Shown here: one piece after another, positions 1 to 11,516 of the stretch
Layout of the letters: each line of letters begins with the position of its first letter
How positions within the stretch are numbered: position 1 is the first letter of the stretch
From: Carcharhinus amblyrhynchos
Lineage: Eukaryota
Length of the DNA: 64,000 bases
Direction of reading: 5' to 3'
Assembly: GCA_965287045.1 (NCBI GenBank)
Contig: OZ336872.1
Location: 27,404,001-27,468,000 of the forward strand
Program-made: the position numbers and the translations under genes
The notes under the pieces: generated by a model
Database searches by the model: none
What the model was told of the DNA's origin: nothing
Seen by the model: the letters and a program-made list of their open reading frames with translations, nothing else

Positions 1-352
1 TCTCCCCCCCCACCACCAATCATCAGCAGCGTCAGTGTGACCCCGTCCCCCACTGTCATTGCTGGCATCAAGGCACCAGATTCACCCCATCTCCCACTCA
101 CCCTTGTATTGGTACAACTCCGCCCTTCCCCTGCATCGTTGCCCCCTTCCCCAACATAATGGGAAGACAGGTTGGCACTGCCATGGTGCCCTGGCATGTC
201 CTTGACCACCCGGGGACTACACTGGCCTCCATGCCCCTGAAGTGATCACCTTGACTGCTGGAGAGCAGCACTGATGTCATGCCTGCAAGAGGGGGATCAT
301 CTGACACCATCAGCGGAGGGTGATTTCATTTTGACATCTCCCCAATGCAAAT
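1..352. repeat. Fragment of GC-rich interspersed repeat (internal part of putative PIF/Harbinger-type MITE family)
   Basis: Shares ggcactgcc/gtgccctggca/ggggact motifs with copies at ~4320-4500, ~16430-16500 and ~25860-26000. Confidence 0.45.
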
Positions 353-659
353 CCTGTTTTGTTTTTAGTTTTTTACTTGATCTTTGAAGTTACAAATGCT
401 CAGCATGGACTAGTCAGACCCAAATCCATTCCTTGCTCACTCAAAAACCAAATTCAAAATCCAATTCATGATCCACATAAAAGAGACAAATAAGATATTA
501 CACCCCATCTTGGGCTTGATCTGACATGATGCTTGATCTTAACCAAAAGGCCAAGAAGTGATCTCGTTATCGCCCTATTGCAAGAGTTTGTCGCCATAAC
601 AGGATTTCCGCCTGGGGCAAGTGGAGGAAAGGGTCTGATAAAAACAAGTCCACGTAGAA

Positions 660-3600
660 ACACTTCCCACATTAATGTCACTGGGATGCATATGATGTTC
701 CATGTGCGAATTCTAGGACATTTCCTGTGTCCTGGATAAACATAACTGCAGGAAGTGTTGTTGCAGGAGCTGCAGTTTTCAACTTTGAGCAGCAGCTGGC
801 ATCACATCTGTGATGTTGAGAGCTTTGTGGATAGCACATTTATAGATGTGGCACCCCACAGCATAGGAATATAGGGAGAGAGGGAATGGATGACCACCAG
901 GTAGTCAAGAAGGAATAGGCAAAGGTACAGGAAATCTCACTCTCTAACCAGTTTTCAATTCTAAAATACTGATGAAAGTGATGGTTCATCTGTAGAGTGC
1001 AGCCAAAGCCAAGTCCATGACACCATAGGTAACTCAGCTGTATATACGGCCACAGGAAGATAACTAGAAAAGCAATAGTGAAAGAAGATTTAATACGGAA
1101 TCAGTGATTCCCATGGCTGCAGGCTGCAGGAGAATGGACATGTACAGAATAGATGGGTTGCACTAAACAGACCAATTTCCTTGCAAAGCAATTTCTTCCT
1201 GCTATTGGGGAAATACTAAGCAGGGTGGGGAAAGCAGGATGTAATATTAGAGAGGGATAGCAAGATGCAATGAGTATTGGGAGAGACAAATTGTAGTTGA
1301 GTATAAAATAGTAAGGTATTGGTTGGGTTAATTGCTCGAGGGAAAGTAATAAAGACAACATCAGGGTTTTGGTGCATGTACTTGATAAATAGGATTGCTG
1401 AATTGCAGATGCAGATAAGCATGTGGAATTATGATGTTGTAGCAATAACGGAGACTTGGATCAAGGAAGGGCAGGATTAGGTTTAAATATTCCTGTATAC
1501 AAGATGTTGAGGAAAAGAGGAGGGAGGGTGGTATTGTTTAGGGAGAACATTGCAGTGCTGGAGAGAAATGGTTTCTTTGAACGGTCAAGAACAGAATCTA
1601 GTTGACCAGAGCTAAGGAACAAATTTCTTGGTGTAGTCTATCAGCCACCAGGTCATGGGAAAGATATGGAGGAAGAAATTTGTAAAGGAATTACAGAGAC
1701 ATGCAAGATTTATAGAGCAGTTACAACGGATGACTTTAATTATCCAAATATAGACTGGGATAATAATAATGTAAAGGGCAAAGAGGGGCCAGAGTTCCTA
1801 GGGTGTGTTCAGCAGAATTTTCTAGGGAAGTATGTTTCCAATCTAACAAGAAAGGAGGCACTGCTGAACCTAGTTCTTGGAAATGAAGTGGGCCAAATGG
1901 ATCAAGTGCCAGTGGGGGAACACACCACTGACAGTGATCATTGTATCATAAGGTTTAGATTGGCTATGAAAAAGGGTAAGAAACAATCCAGAATATGAGT
2001 AATGAACTGGAGAGATGCCAACTTCAGTGGGTAAGAAAGGATCTGGCTAAAATGAAGTGGAAAGAAAGATTAGCGGGCTAAATTGTAACTGAACAATGGA
2101 CTGTTCTAAAAAAGAGCTAGTTCAACAGTCAAGGTATATTTCCATGAAGAGCAAATAAATCGAGCGCTCTCTGGATGACAAAGAGAGATTAAAATGAAAC
2201 AGAAAGAGTGTGTGTACAACAGAAATCAGGTGGATAATACAATTGAAAACCAATGCGAATTTAAAAGGTTCCAATAGGAATTGGAAAAACAAATAAATTA
2301 ACCAAAGAGTATGAAAAGAGACTGGCAGCTACCATAAACAGGAATCCAAAAGTCTTCTCCAGGCAAATAAATAGTAAGAGTGGTTGGAGGAGGAATTTGA
2401 GCAAGACAGGGGAATCTTAGGGGCCATGGCTAAGGTATTAAATTAATATTTTGCACCTATTTTTACCAAGGAGGAAGATGCTATCCAGGTCATGGTGAAA
2501 AAGGTTTTAAAATTGTTAAGCAAAAGATATTGAATAGGCTAAAGTTTAAAAGGCACCAGGGTTGGATGAGATTCATCCAATGATATTGGAAGAAGTGAGA
2601 ACCGGAATTGTGGAGGCACGTACCTTAATTTCCCAATCTTCCTTAGATACAGGGGTGACGTCAAAGGATTGGAAGAATGCAAATATTATATTCTATTCAA
2701 AAATGGGCATTAGGAAAGGCCCAGTAACTACAGGATAGCTAATGTTGACTTGGTAATGGTAAGAGAGCTTTCAGAAGTGATACTATAGGAAAAAATTCTT
2801 ACAGTACTTTGGCAAGTGCAAATTAATTAAGGAAAGCCAGCATGGATTTGCTGAGAAAAAATGATGTTTAACTAACTTTTTTGACATTCTTTTGTTAAGG
2901 TAACAGAGGGTTGATGAGGGTAATGCTGTTGATGAAGTGTACATGGACTCCTAAAAGGCAGATAAACTGCTACACAACAGACTTGTGAGCAAAGTTATAG
3001 CTCATGGAATAAAGGGACAGTAACAACATGGACATGAAATTGGCTGAGTGACTGAGTAGTGGTAATAGTTGTTTTTTTTCAGAGTGGAGAAAAGTTTATA
3101 GTGGAGTTTCCCAGCAATTAGTGTTAAGATCCCTGCTCTTCTTATTATACATTAGTGACCTGGACCTTGGTGTACAGTGCACAATTTCAAAATTTGCAGA
3201 TGATATGAAACTTGGAAGTATTAGGTGGATAGTGCAGAGCATCAGAAGAATACATCTAGGTTAGTGGAGTGGATGGACAAGTAGCAGATGAAATTTAATG
3301 CAGAGAAATGTGAAGTGATTAATGTTGGTAGGAAGAACACGAGAGACAATATAAAATAAGAGGTACAATTCTAAAAGAGCAGAGAGAACTTCTGTTACAT
3401 AGAAAGATTGGAGAAATTATGACTGTTCTCTGTGGAGAAAAGAAGGTTGAGAGGAGACTTGATAGAGGTCTTCAAAATCATGAGCAATATGGACAGAGGA
3501 GAAACTCTGCGAGGATACAGATTTAAGGTAATTGGCAAAGGAAGCAATGATGACATGAAGAAAAGTATTTTCATGCAGTGAGTGGTTGGGATCTGGAATA

Positions 3601-3800
3601 TAGTATCTGAGAGTGTGGTGGAAGCAGGGTCAATTACAATTTTTTATCAAGGAATGGATCATTATGTGAGAAGGAAAATATTTTAGGGCTATGGGAAATG
3701 CTGGGGGAGTGGCACTTGGTCAAATGTTACTTCAGAGGGTCAGCAGAGGCATCATGTGTCAAATGGCCTTCTGTGATGTAACCATTCTATGATTCTATTT
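660..3800 (+). mobile_element. Decayed near-full-length CR1 LINE (ORF1 zinc-finger remnant, ORF2 endonuclease + RT pseudogene)
   Basis: ORF1-like Cys motif ~700-760. EN motifs YDVVAITETW (~1430-1460), DFNYPNIDW, LVLGNE and SDH (ORF 1666-1998). RT motif ISKFADD at ~3184-3204. Many stops and frameshifts. CR1 3' tail cattctatgattct at ~3783-3796. Confidence 0.92.
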
Positions 3801-4019
3801 ATTTGGGAATATCAAATGTCTGTATAAAAAGCATAGATAGATGTTTAGTACAAATACATTTAGGATGCGAACTTGAATTTCATGAATTATACTTTCCAAA
3901 CTAAAATTTTGATTGCAATCCAAGCTGATCATATACCCTGGGGATGACCTTTCTGAAAATCAGATCCTATTTCTGGGTGATTTCAAATCTGCTATCTTAT
4001 CCACTTAGAGTTAAAAAAT

Positions 4020-4510
4020 CCTCAGACAGTTTCTCGCCAGTAGGGGAGGTGATGGGGCTTTAATCGATGGCTGAGAACAGCAGAGAGCACAATTGCGCAT
4101 ATGCAGGTCTCTAGTAGCAGAGACCTGCACCCTGTCGCAGCTGTTGTGGGAGATCATGGTCTATCGCGACCACTCCATCTGCCCCAACTGATCAACCCTG
4201 TGATCAGGGTGACCCCCATGGCCACCCCAATCACCCCCCTTCCTCCCTCCATCAATCCCTGATGCAGACTGCACAATAGCCACTCCCCCACATTACTGAC
4301 CATCTGCCCCAATCTCTACAGTGCCCTTGGCACTGTCCTGTGGTCACTGTCAGGGTACAAGGCTGGCACTGCCCAAGGGGTAACCCCCTGCCCCTAACAT
4401 CCCTGGGGGGTCTCAGTGGTCTCTGGTTCTACCAGTGTGGCCATCGTGACTGGTACCAGTTGCTGGGGACTAGCTGTGATTCTTGCCAGAGAGCACTTTT
4501 CCAGGCAAGG
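4020..4510. repeat. GC-rich interspersed repeat (same family as 1-352 and 25205-26420)
   Basis: Shared gtgcccttggcactg...ggcactgcccaagggg motifs and C-rich tracts. Confidence 0.5.
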
Positions 4511-4514
4511 CCAC

Positions 4515-4582
4515 ATGGGCAAGTGGACTCCGGAAGGATGTTTCCTCTTGTTGGGGAGACTAGAATCAGGAGACATAAGGAA
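4515..4582 (+). mobile_element. Short CR1 ORF2 C-terminal fragment
   Basis: Translates VDSGRMFPLVGETRIRRH, matching the CR1 ORF2 C-terminal RMFPLVGE.RTRGH motif. Confidence 0.7.
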
Positions 4583-4587
4583 AGATC

Positions 4588-5400
4588 TGCTATAAAGTGT
4601 TTATATGGGGAAGCTGGGTGGAGGCACATCAGGTTCATCTATGATTTTGTCCATGGTTGAATAACTTGTCAGCTTTGATGATACTGTGCCTTTAAGAAAT
4701 ATAGTTATAGTATGTTTCTTGTAGGAGTTGATTTGTCTGAAAGAACATAGAGCTCCATGCTGAGACTGCAGGTTAATAACTAATCTTACTAATGGTGTTT
4801 TTGTCGAAATATAGTTAATACAACTGTTAACTTGATTTTTCCCCTAGGATTTCAGAGTAGGGTTTTGATTAGATTGATGACAGGGACCGAATCATGTGCT
4901 AATGAGCGGAGCTAGGTTTTCAAGGAAGATTCCGAGTTCCTCTTTCATTTTTTAAAAAACATGTAGTTTGTTGCCTGGTTCCGAAAGAAGTAAGACGTGT
5001 GTCTTCTCCTTCTTTCTCAAAGTACTTTGAGAACACTAGGACTGGCACCCTAAGTACAGGTGTGTAGGCCTGTGTTTGGCTAACTGATTTTTAAGAGGGG
5101 ATTTAAGTCTGTAAAAGGGATATTGCTTGAATTGGAACTTATCGGGATAGGTAAGCAGTTAAGAATTACATCCTGTTGTATTTAAATATTGTTCAGTTGT
5201 AAAATGTTAAGCTAATTCATTTGTTATAATTGAACTATGTTGTTAAATAAAATTTGTTTTGATAAAAGCTTCCCAGTTTGTCAGTAGAATTGTACCTGAA
5301 GTGAAAAATCATGTCCTCACATTAATGCCAAAGTAGAAAATTGTTGTGGTCTAGTTTAACTTCACAATATAGCTCCGGATTTCTGATCCATACCCTAACA
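4588..5400 (+). mobile_element. Probable solo LTR
   Basis: TG...TAACA termini, AATAAA at ~5246, LTR-like organisation similar to 18712-19792. No clear TSD seen. Confidence 0.55.
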
Positions 5401-6099
5401 CAACACTGAGCATAAATAAACACCATGTGGACAAACTACCAGAATTTTGTCAGTGCCTATTGAGTTGTATCCTAGCATCTCATAGCACCTTTAAGAGACA
5501 AAAAGGCAAAATTGAGAGGGACAAGAATGTTGCATCAACATTCTTCTTCTCTGCTATAACAGTAGCATATGAGGCTTACCATTTCTTCCACTGCTTTTAT
5601 ATTCAGCAGATGATGCTTTGTATTGTTTCTGTGATAAATGCTACTTAATACTTCGTTTAACTGACTTAGGGGAGTTAGTTAGATACAGTGAAGTGTGGTC
5701 TCAACACTCCACTCCTACCAGACCCAAGTCCTCCACTGGATGTCAACCCAGCATTCAGAGATTGGATCACTGTCTTCTGAAGCTGAGCTCTTGCGTAGAA
5801 GATTCTGAGGCAGAAATGCTATCATAGCGCCAATATAGGTGCCATTTAATTCTATTATTTGATTAAGTGATATTAAGTGATTATTTTAGCTCAGGGAAGG
5901 AGGGGAAATTATCAGAAGTATATTAAATCTTCATTTTACTGCTTTACTTCAGGAAGTGAACGCAGAAAATCATGAGATTATGCAACTGAAAAACCACTGA
6001 CACTTTCAAAATCCCAAACTTAGTTGACTTTTGCTGAGCAAAGCATGGATTTACCCTGATCCACTGAAATATGAAAATGAACTAAGTCATTGCACTTTG

Positions 6100-6197
6100 A
6101 AAAAAAAACAAAATTCTGGAAAATTTCAGCAGGTCTGACAGCATCTGTGGGGAGAGAATAGAGCCAACATTTCAAGTCAGAATGATCCTTCTTCAGG
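6100..6197 (-). mobile_element. Fragment of Penelope-like palindromic short repeat with hammerhead-core motif
   Basis: Reverse complement of 6161-6196 reads CTGAAGA-AGGATCATTCTGACTT-GAAA-TGTTGGCTC. Flanks match the copies at 22069-22252 and 62225-62430. Confidence 0.6.
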
Positions 6198-6449
6198 ATT
6201 GATCATATCATCTTACTTTGACCCAGTTTTGGCTTTACCCCCAATCAGATATGAATATTACATAAGAATAAAAAAAAGGCATAGAAGTGCACCTTCAAAA
6301 GCAAGTTAACCTCTGTATAGTATCAGGGTAGGTTTCACAAAGGAAATTATTTCTCCAAGAATAAGGATCAGTGTACTTTCTATTGTGCAGTAACCTTTGT
6401 AGTGTCTCTCAAGTGCAAATGCCTTCCAACCCAATAACAAATCAACATT

Positions 6450-6935
6450 GCACATACTAAACATCCAGCTTGTGCTGAGTCAAAGAAGATATATCATGAT
6501 TCGCTATTACTGTCTTTGAGGCCAGGGATTTTCAGGGTAGCTTCGTCAGCAACTTATCGATGTTCACTCTTTGAAAAGACACTTGGTAGTGACAGAAAAT
6601 TATCAGAATGTGCAGATAGATTGACTGAGTAGCAGGGACAAACATGTTATGGAGATATCCCATCTGGATGAATACTGCATAATGTGCCAGATTGTGATCG
6701 TATGTCTACTTTACCAAGGAGATTCCTCCACATTAACAAATTAATTATTTATTCACAGGCTTGAATCACTTAGCCTACATTGATTTACTTACATTGCATT
6801 TCCTTTCATTCGCAAGTCATTTAAAGCTTAATTCTTGCTTAACATACCAATGCAATAGTTTAGTTCAATAGTTCTGTCCATACTTATAAAGAGTGGTCCT
6901 GTGTGACAATTGAATCTTTGATTTTATCCAGATGT
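6450..6935 (+). repeat. Distal copy of diverged direct duplication (partner 9590-10050)
   Basis: Collinear matches such as aagacactt, cagata, tttaccaa, gattcctc, aattaattatt and ttgcatttcctttcattc in both copies. Confidence 0.8.
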
Positions 6936-7559
6936 GAGGGATCAGGCCCTTCATCAGAAACCTTTAGCTTTGTTAAAGACGAATGAGCCATGCAAAGCAA
7001 TGTGAATTCCATTAGTCCTTTCCTTTAACAATTCTAAGGAATACGTGATGTTTGTCTGTAAATTGAACAAATATAAACAGCCATAATCCATCAGATGAAC
7101 AGAAACAAATGTTGTGTCATACCAAATGCAGTGAAATGTAAATGGAACAGGCTAATGAATGTTGAAAATGGGTGAAGTCCAATATAGAAAATGAAGTATT
7201 TGCAATATTCTCTGCAAGACCAGTGCCAAAAATACAAAGGTGCCACTTGGTTACAGAACACATAAATAAATGCTAATGAAATGAAGCAGGAACAAGAACT
7301 AAGATGGAACTGGCATGATGATCTTGCACTTTCTAGCTTATGAACAGCAGAATTATACAAATACAATGCAACAGCTATTTGCATTTATATGCCATTTGTG
7401 TTGCAAAACATACTTCATACAAATAAAGGGGGTTTGGAAACTAACACAAAAAATGAAGTTAGGATTACTGTTTGAACAAGTACTGAAGTATATGACATAA
7501 GACGTAGGTTTTGAGAAAGTTTTTGAAGTTAAAAAGATGTACAAGCAGGGAAATTTACA

Positions 7560-8990
7560 ATAATTTACAATTAAATGTTTCACAATAGGATGGGTGCACC
7601 CTTGAAGGGTGTAAACATGAGGATGAAGTCTTTCCATTTGAGATATTGGGGCAAAGACAGAAGCAATGGGTGAGCATGATTTGGCGTGGAAGGATATAGG
7701 CAATATGGGATGTCCTGAAGTTCATGGAGTGTGGAAAATGGAAGGGTCAGCCAAGTGAGCATTGGAATATCAATTCTAGAGATGACAGAAGGATTAAGAT
7801 TTTAGTAGTAAATGGGTTGAGGTAGAGGTGGGGGTTGGTAATGTTACACAGGTGAAAATAGGTGATCTTTGTGATTAAAAAGTAAATTCAACATGTGGTT
7901 TAACAGGAACCTCAAAGTTTGATTTAGTGGAAGGAGATGAAGAATGTGATTAATAATGCTATATAGTTTGTGCTGGGGGTGGACAGACATTGGCTTTGTC
8001 TTCCCGACGTTCATGTAAAGGGAATTGCAACTCATTCAAGATTATCATTCAAGAAGCCTGATAGTACAGAAGCAGTAAAGAAGCCTGATAGTACAGAAGC
8101 AGAAAATAAGTTGAATGAGATGGCAGAAAGGTAGAATTCGATATCACCAGCAAACAGGTGGAAGTTGAGCTCGTGTCTGCAGATGATGTAGCCAAAGGGC
8201 AGCGTGTGAAAGAGAAAGAGTTCAGAAATAGATTTTTACAGTGCAAGACCACAATTGATGGATCCATGCGCCAAGTCTTTGGATGAGTTTCAGTTTATGG
8301 AGGGTGGACAAACAATGTGCAGAGCATTAACAATGGCATTAAAGTAAGGATAGAGGTAAATTCTCTTACAGTCTGTGAAATAAGCTAGCTCAGTAAAGGG
8401 CAGATATTGGGTAATGACATTTAGATCAGGGTCAAGGAGAATGGCAAAGTCGTTCCCTGTTTAATTTGAGCACACTGCCATAGAGGGCAATGGAATCAGT
8501 ATGGAATATTTTTCATATTTTGCAAACAAGGTGCAATAATTGTGGAATTACGTTGGCAGAGGTAGTGACTGTTACTGAATGACAACACACAGAACAAGCC
8601 TAAAAGATGAATAAGGTTTGTATCTTGGGAGACGCTGGAAGTGGTCACACATGGGAGGTAAAAAGCAGAAATTACAGGACATGTGTTAGCTGATTTGGAC
8701 AAGTGCAGTGGAATTATGTGAAGGTGTTATGACAGTGATGTACCATAAAGGCCAAATAACGGAGCAGTAGACTGTGCTGAATAGCACAGGTAGATTACAG
8801 AGTACAAGAAGGAAAAATGCACTCCAGATGCAGTCACAAAGGATATAATTGGCATTAACTAGGGTAATCTCAGTGCTGTACAGTCGAAAAATCAGGTGGA
8901 AACAATTTGAACAGCAAATAATAGAAGTATTGAACCTGGAGTTTAGTGATGAAAACACCTTTGAGAAAGGAAAGGAGGGAAGCTTTAACA
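7560..8990 (-). mobile_element. Old L2-type LINE RT remnant
   Basis: Minus-strand translation FRLYSTEITLVNANYILCDC..AFFLLVLCNL..FSTV resembles L2 RT (GFRP.HSTETAL..V.NDIL...D.....LVLLDLSAAFDTV). LPFSTLHELQ resembles the L2 ORF2 C-terminus. Confidence 0.7.
8051..8104. repeat. 27-bp tandem duplication
   Basis: aagaagcctgatagtacagaagcag(ta/aa) twice in tandem. Confidence 0.9.
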
Positions 8991-8991
8991 T

Positions 8992-9220
8992 TCGATTTGA
9001 TTTGATTTTTTATCACAGGTATTAGCATACAGTGAAAAGTATTGTTTCTTGTGCGTTCTACGGACAAAGCATACATTTTGTAGAGAAGTAGACAAGTGCA
9101 AAATGTAGTATTATAGTCATAGTTAGGGTGTAGAGAAAGATTAACTTAATGCAAAGTAGGTCCATTCAAAAGTCTGACGGCAGCAGGAAAGAAACTGTTC
9201 TTCAGTGGGTTGGTACTATA
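8992..9220 (-). mobile_element. Rex1/Babar LINE 3' end fragment
   Basis: Minus strand TNPLKNSFFPAAVRLLNG plus 3' UTR ending in (aaatc)n. Reverse-complement homologue of 15040-15392. Confidence 0.75.
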
Positions 9221-9589
9221 CGTGACACATAACACTATAGTTGGGGAGCATGAAGAAGTTGAGGTTGTATTAATGGAAGAGAGGACCGATAACAGTATTT
9301 TTGATGAGGGAACAGCGCCCGCACAATTGAAATCTAACAAAAGACCAGCTTGAATTTTGCACCACTTGGGCAAGGATGAACAGCGCAATTACAACAATAA
9401 TTTACTTTACAATTATGACAAAATCCAGGCGATTGATAACCAACATCTGATGATGATGATACTGTCTGCAGGACTTCCTCATAACATTCCAATCAAAGCC
9501 TGAAGGGGTCTGTTTACTCAAGTGCGGCAACATGAGATCAAAAGGAGTTAAAAAGCGGATAAGTTCCTCTGGTGAGATCCAGTCTGACC

Positions 9590-10050
9590 ACCGATATGCA
9601 GCACATTTGCCAAGCCACAGAGCCAGTAATGCGATGCGCTGTTTCTGTAGTTGAGAGGGTGAATTGTCAGGATAATTTTGTTAATAATTTCTTGGAGTTC
9701 AACCTTTAAATAAGACACTTCTCAGGAAATTGTTCACACAGAAAATAATTGAAATGTACAGATACATTGTGTAGCGGGAATGAACAGGCGAGAGAGATGT
9801 CCCAAATGAACAGACATTACGTTGTGTTAGCTTGTGATCTTATACATACTTTACCAAAGGGATTCCTCTACATGAAGCAATTAATTATTCATTCGCAGTG
9901 TTGAGTCATTTAGCCCGCGTTGATTTACTTATGTTGCATTTCCTTTCATTCATAAGCCTTTTTAAGTCTTCATTTTTTCCCTTAACACTCCAATGCAGTC
10001 ATTCTGTACTACAAGACTTAATTGAATTTGTTGCAGACCAGACTGTGCAC
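9590..10050 (+). repeat. Proximal copy of diverged direct duplication (partner 6450-6935)
   Basis: Collinear with the distal copy, and lies immediately upstream of the CACNA2D3 5' region. Confidence 0.8.
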
Positions 10051-10079
10051 CTGAAAAGGGTCTGCTGTTTTAAAGATGA

Positions 10080-10935
10080 TTTTAACGTGGCTCGGCACTG
10101 GAAATCCTATTTTCCCCTGTGATAATTCTCCTTTGAGTGCGTGCGCTTATTTTTGTCTTGAGAGTTACTCGATTCACTTTGTAGTCAACTCCACCCCGTC
10201 AGCTGAATACGAAAAGATTTCGAGCAGCGGCGCACGAAATGAATTGGGACGTCTCCAGTGGGTGTTCACCATCTCAAGTGTAAGGTCCGTGAGTCACTTT
10301 GAGCTCAACCCCCCTGTCAGCCCTACAGCAAAGTGCTTCTCACTCAGCCCTGCTATCAGTCCTGGAAGAGGCATTGTGTCACAGTTTTTTTTCTCCCAGT
10401 GCTCTTACTGCCTTTCATCAGCACTTTCCATTAATGCCTGCTCCGGTGAACCAGCGCTGCATGACTTGATGTGGGATGAATGCTCGAGGTTACCAGGAAG
10501 ATAAAGGGAGCCTGCAGGCAGCTTTACATCTATACAGTGAACATTAATTGTGAGAAGATAGCTTACTCTGTTGAAATCAATAGACTCTTGTGGCCTGTAG
10601 CAGAGGGCACACCGGACCGGCAGTAGGTCACTGAATGATGATATTATACAGGGGACTGCATACTGCAGAGTTGTTAAGAAGTAAATGCAACTGCCTGCAG
10701 TAAAGGTAGAATCGGTCTGACTACCGAGGATCTAATACCAGCAGCAACATTTTGAACTCACTGAAGCTTTTCAGTTGCTTCCCTGTTTTTTTTGTCTCTC
10801 TTTTATCTGGGATGTCCCAGAAATGAAAATGAACTGACAATCTATTTTAAACCCCGAGACACAGCGCGGTATACCATTAGCAATCAGCTTTATTCTAATT
10901 GTGCACTTCGTTCTGATCTGTGGAAGTACAAAAAA
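10080..10935 (+). promoter_or_regulatory. CACNA2D3: Putative promoter / 5' UTR region of CACNA2D3
   Basis: Repeat-free and locally CpG-retaining (e.g. gcagcggcgcacg, cagcgcgg), directly upstream of the start codon. AP-1-like TGAGTCA at ~10290. TSS cannot be determined. Confidence 0.55.
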
Positions 10936-11054
10936 ATGCAGAGAGACATGCATATTTTACAAGCTTTCTGTAGCTTTTCTGTAATCGTGTGGACATCTTT
11001 CAGTATTACACTGACACAAGCGAAAGAATCTCAGCAACAAATTCCCCTAAATGT
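10936..11054 (+). CDS. CACNA2D3: CACNA2D3 coding exon 1 (signal peptide), voltage-dependent calcium channel subunit alpha-2/delta-3
   Basis: aaaATG start. MQRDMHILQAFCSFSVIVWTSFSITLTQAKESQQQIPLN-(V) is a hydrophobic signal peptide followed by QQIPL, as in mammalian CACNA2D3 (EQQIPLSV). Phase-2 donor GT|gtaagt at 11055. Confidence 0.9.
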
Positions 11055-11434
11055 GTAAGTCTTGATTTCTGTTCTTTTTGCATTTCATATCCAGTCAGTT
11101 GATTGTGTCTGCAGTTAAGTGAATGAACGTTGGATTAAATTTAAACTTGGTTTAATACTAGTGTTTTGCAACGCTGCAGAATCTCTATGGTTCATAAAAC
11201 ATAACCTCATGTTCTGCGTAATAGCCCGAAATCTATAGTTTAGTCTGATCTGATGTATTGCACACCAACATTTGGATCTCAAAAATGCTTGATAGGTAAA
11301 AAAAAATCTTGTGTGATATGACAAAATTAATTAAAGAAGAAACAACAGGATTACTTTCTATTGATTACAGTTGGAAATCAAATTGTTCTCTCTCTTTCCA
11401 ATGTTACCATCCACATATTAATGTCTTTTTTTAG

Positions 11435-11516
11435 GGTAAAACTATGGGCTTCAGCCTTTGGAGGGGAAATCAAATCTATTTCGGCCAAATATTCAGGCTC
11501 ACAATTCCTGCAGAAG
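11435..11516 (+). CDS. CACNA2D3: CACNA2D3 coding exon 2 (82 bp)
   Basis: tttttttag acceptor. (V)VKLWASAFGGEIKSISAKYSGSQFLQK is nearly identical to recalled human VKLWASAFGGEIKSIAAKYSGSQLLQK and unlike CACNA2D4 (VKLWADTFGG). AAG|gtaaac donor. Phase is compatible with exon 1. Confidence 0.96.

Noticed and set aside
1666-1998. 110-aa ORF as a host gene
   Set aside because: It is part of the CR1 endonuclease domain in a disrupted ORF2
10076-10504. 142-aa ORF upstream of CACNA2D3
   Set aside because: No recognisable domain or splice context; probably an incidental ORF in the promoter/5' UTR
10600-10625. Possible REST/NRSE site (gggcacaccggaccggc)
   Set aside because: The left half lacks TCAGCACC and the match is too weak to call
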